Of a DNA stretch of 64,000 bases, positions 62,217-64,000 are shown in pieces. Every line of letters begins with the position of its first letter. The first letter of the stretch is position 1. The DNA is taken from the NCBI GenBank assembly GCA_036172245.1, contig JAYWIR010000001.1, positions 8,494,001-8,558,000 of the forward strand, given 5' to 3'. The notes under the pieces are model-generated. The model searched no databases and had not been told where the DNA came from. It worked only from the letters and a program-made list of their open reading frames with translations. The stretch is from Raillietiella orientalis (taxonomy: Eukaryota). The translations under genes and the position numbers were made by a program.

Positions 62217-63871
62217 CTAGCTGATGGTGGCGAAAACTCGTAGAGGAAGGAACAAAGGGCAAACCACGGATCCAGTAATTTGCATCACACCTAAAAGTGC
62301 ACTGTAATGCAGTTCCCTATTTGTTTTCACCACCTTTTTCCCCCCCTTCCGTGAAAGCTTCGGAGGACGTTTCGAGTACAGGTGGTTGCTAAAGAATCTC
62401 GACGCCCACACCAATCGAGACCAAGGCTTTTCGCGCGCGCACCCACTTGAGAGCACTTACTCGAGGTCTCTGATCAGCTGCTTGGTCTGGTTCGGGGTGC
62501 TGTTGCTTCCATTCTTGAAAGTCACCGACTCTTCGGAGGAAGTGTACATATATCGGACGTCACGTTCTCCGCATTCCGATTCAGACGAAGAATAGATCAT
62601 TCCTTCTTCATCCATTTTGTACCGCACTCCACGGACCGGCTTGTAGCGATTCTTCTTGTCGTGCTGGTGAATCTGCGCGGAAAGGGTGGATCAGTGAATG
62701 ACAGCAGCAGGCAGATTTACAGCTTCGAACAAGCAAACAGACAGACAAACGTGGTTGGAAAAATTCAGTTGCCACGCGAGCAAGAAACCGACACGAAGAG
62801 CACAAATTTAGGCATTGCAACTCACAATGAAATGTAATTTTTCCCTGAGAGGGATGGGAGTGTAGGACTGTAGCCGCAACTGACGAAACCATTCCTCTAC
62901 TCGTGGACTTAGCAAAGATCCTACGTGTTCATAAGAAAGATACTCAAACAGTACAAACAGCCGTTGCTCTGAGCGATCTCCTTTCAAAGTAGGCAACCAA
63001 AGATTGCGCATCATGAGAAGAAGGTGAGCTGGGAGGTTGCACTCCACCAACAGTTCCACCAAGAGGAACAGCAGCAGCTCTCTTTTGTAGTGAGTTAGGC
63101 CAAAGTGACCTAAGCTTTCCAAGATGCGTGCTATCCAAGCATATACCTTATAGCTGCACTTCCTGGAAAATGCCACTGATGATGGTGCGGACCAATGAAA
63201 AATGTCATGCTCACATGGACAAGAGTGAGTAACGAGTTTGCCATCCAGGAGCATGGCAGACGGCCCCCGAGAGGCGATCTTTCATGCGAAAGCCATAGAA
63301 ATCCAGCATCATTCTGTACGCCCGTAAAAAATTCTCTTGACACGTGGTTTCTGTCCTCAACACCTACATAACAGAAGAGCTTCTTCATACGATTCAACAC
63401 CATGGAATTCTCACGATTATTTCTTTTGAGTTCAACAATTTGGCGCAAGGATTTCCTCCTAAACTGCGTGAACTCGGAAATAGCCAAGTGATATAGGTGT
63501 TATTGTGCTCAAGAATATCGTATTGACCCCACCACTCAGTTAAGATGAGCTCAATACATAAGATATCTGGTAACGCAGGAAATACGTTCTGATAAAATAG
63601 TGCATTGGCAAAGTTTTTTTTCATTTCCTAAAATGATCACATTGTTGTACAATTGAAAATTCACTTTCATATGTGTACTTACATCCACAGTAGAGTTTTT
63701 CTGGAGACTCAGTTTGTGGCAGGGATGACCAATGGTGGCAAATCTTCTACCCAGAATTTGCTCTTCAGCGTTAGGGGAACTGCCGGCCAAGGATTGCCGG
63801 ACGCATAGTTGTCCCGAGAGGTGGTGCGCGCTGTTCGGAGGAGTAAGAGGACAGAGACCTTGAGGGGGCAT
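62217..63871 (-). CDS. Opioid growth factor receptor-like (OGFr_N domain) protein, divergent; both ends tentative
   Basis: Exons (minus) 63871-63683, 63627-63415 (NALFYQN..IELILTEWWGQYDILEHNNTYITWLFP), 63363-63215 (FLRAYRMMLDFYG), 63162-62925 (IARILESLGHFG), 62867-62826, 62672-62461, 62388-62217. Introns are GT-AG, 51-153 nt, in phase. These peptides match OGFR motifs LEDNHSYIQWLFP, RAYELMLGFYG and RITRILKSLGELG. The gene may splice on toward 60.8-61.2 kb. Confidence 0.88.
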
Positions 63872-64000
63872 TCTTTTAGTTTCGACATCTCCTTCGATAG
63901 CTCCAGTTTCGAAAAATCTTGTACTTTTGTTTTTTTACCCATTTCACGATTAATGCGGCGACGCTGCTTCCCACAGTTCAAAAGCTTCAAAAAATCTTCC

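Noticed and set aside
62386-62595. Plus-strand hydrophobic ORF (LISCLVWFGVLLLPFLK) as the last MCT exon
   Set aside because: The true last exon is 58738-58883 (IFEKTGSY...TAA). This ORF is antisense to an exon of the OGFr-like gene.
1-64000. Reassigned genetic code, suggested by the MCT TAG and by protein-like frames crossing stops
   Set aside because: Well-supported genes end in TAA (B, MCT), TGA (A, C, E, CNG) and apparently TAG (D). Thousands of conserved codons contain only one internal stop.
1-64000. CRISPR arrays, tRNA/rRNA genes, prokaryotic operons or RT/transposase genes
   Set aside because: I saw no repeat-spacer arrays, cloverleaf or rRNA signatures, or RT/integrase/DDE motifs. 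The genes are spliceosomal and eukaryotic.

Overview
Intron-containing animal genomic DNA, most likely arthropod (many introns are only 50-160 nt). Most long ORFs in the supplied track are GC-rich shadow frames, so I rebuilt the genes by hand from splice sites and reading-frame phase. Three genes belong to recognisable families: a cyclic-nucleotide-gated channel beta subunit (minus, about 25.2-16.0 kb), a 10-exon SLC16/MCT transporter (plus, 48261-58883) with one in-frame TAG in an otherwise intact gene, and an OGFr-domain gene (minus, 63871 to about 62.2 kb) with an altered signature motif. The most notable feature is a family of Cys-containing coiled-coil genes that I do not recognise, flanking the CNG gene. 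It has two 7-exon copies with identical intron phases (A, B), two longer copies with different intron sets (D, E), one intronless copy (C) and probable decayed relics. Nearly all of it lies in a sharply bounded GC-rich block (about 3.3-44.3 kb) between AT-richer flanks. I could not support any RNA gene, CRISPR array or transposon ORF. All alignments were made by eye and reference motifs are quoted from memory.
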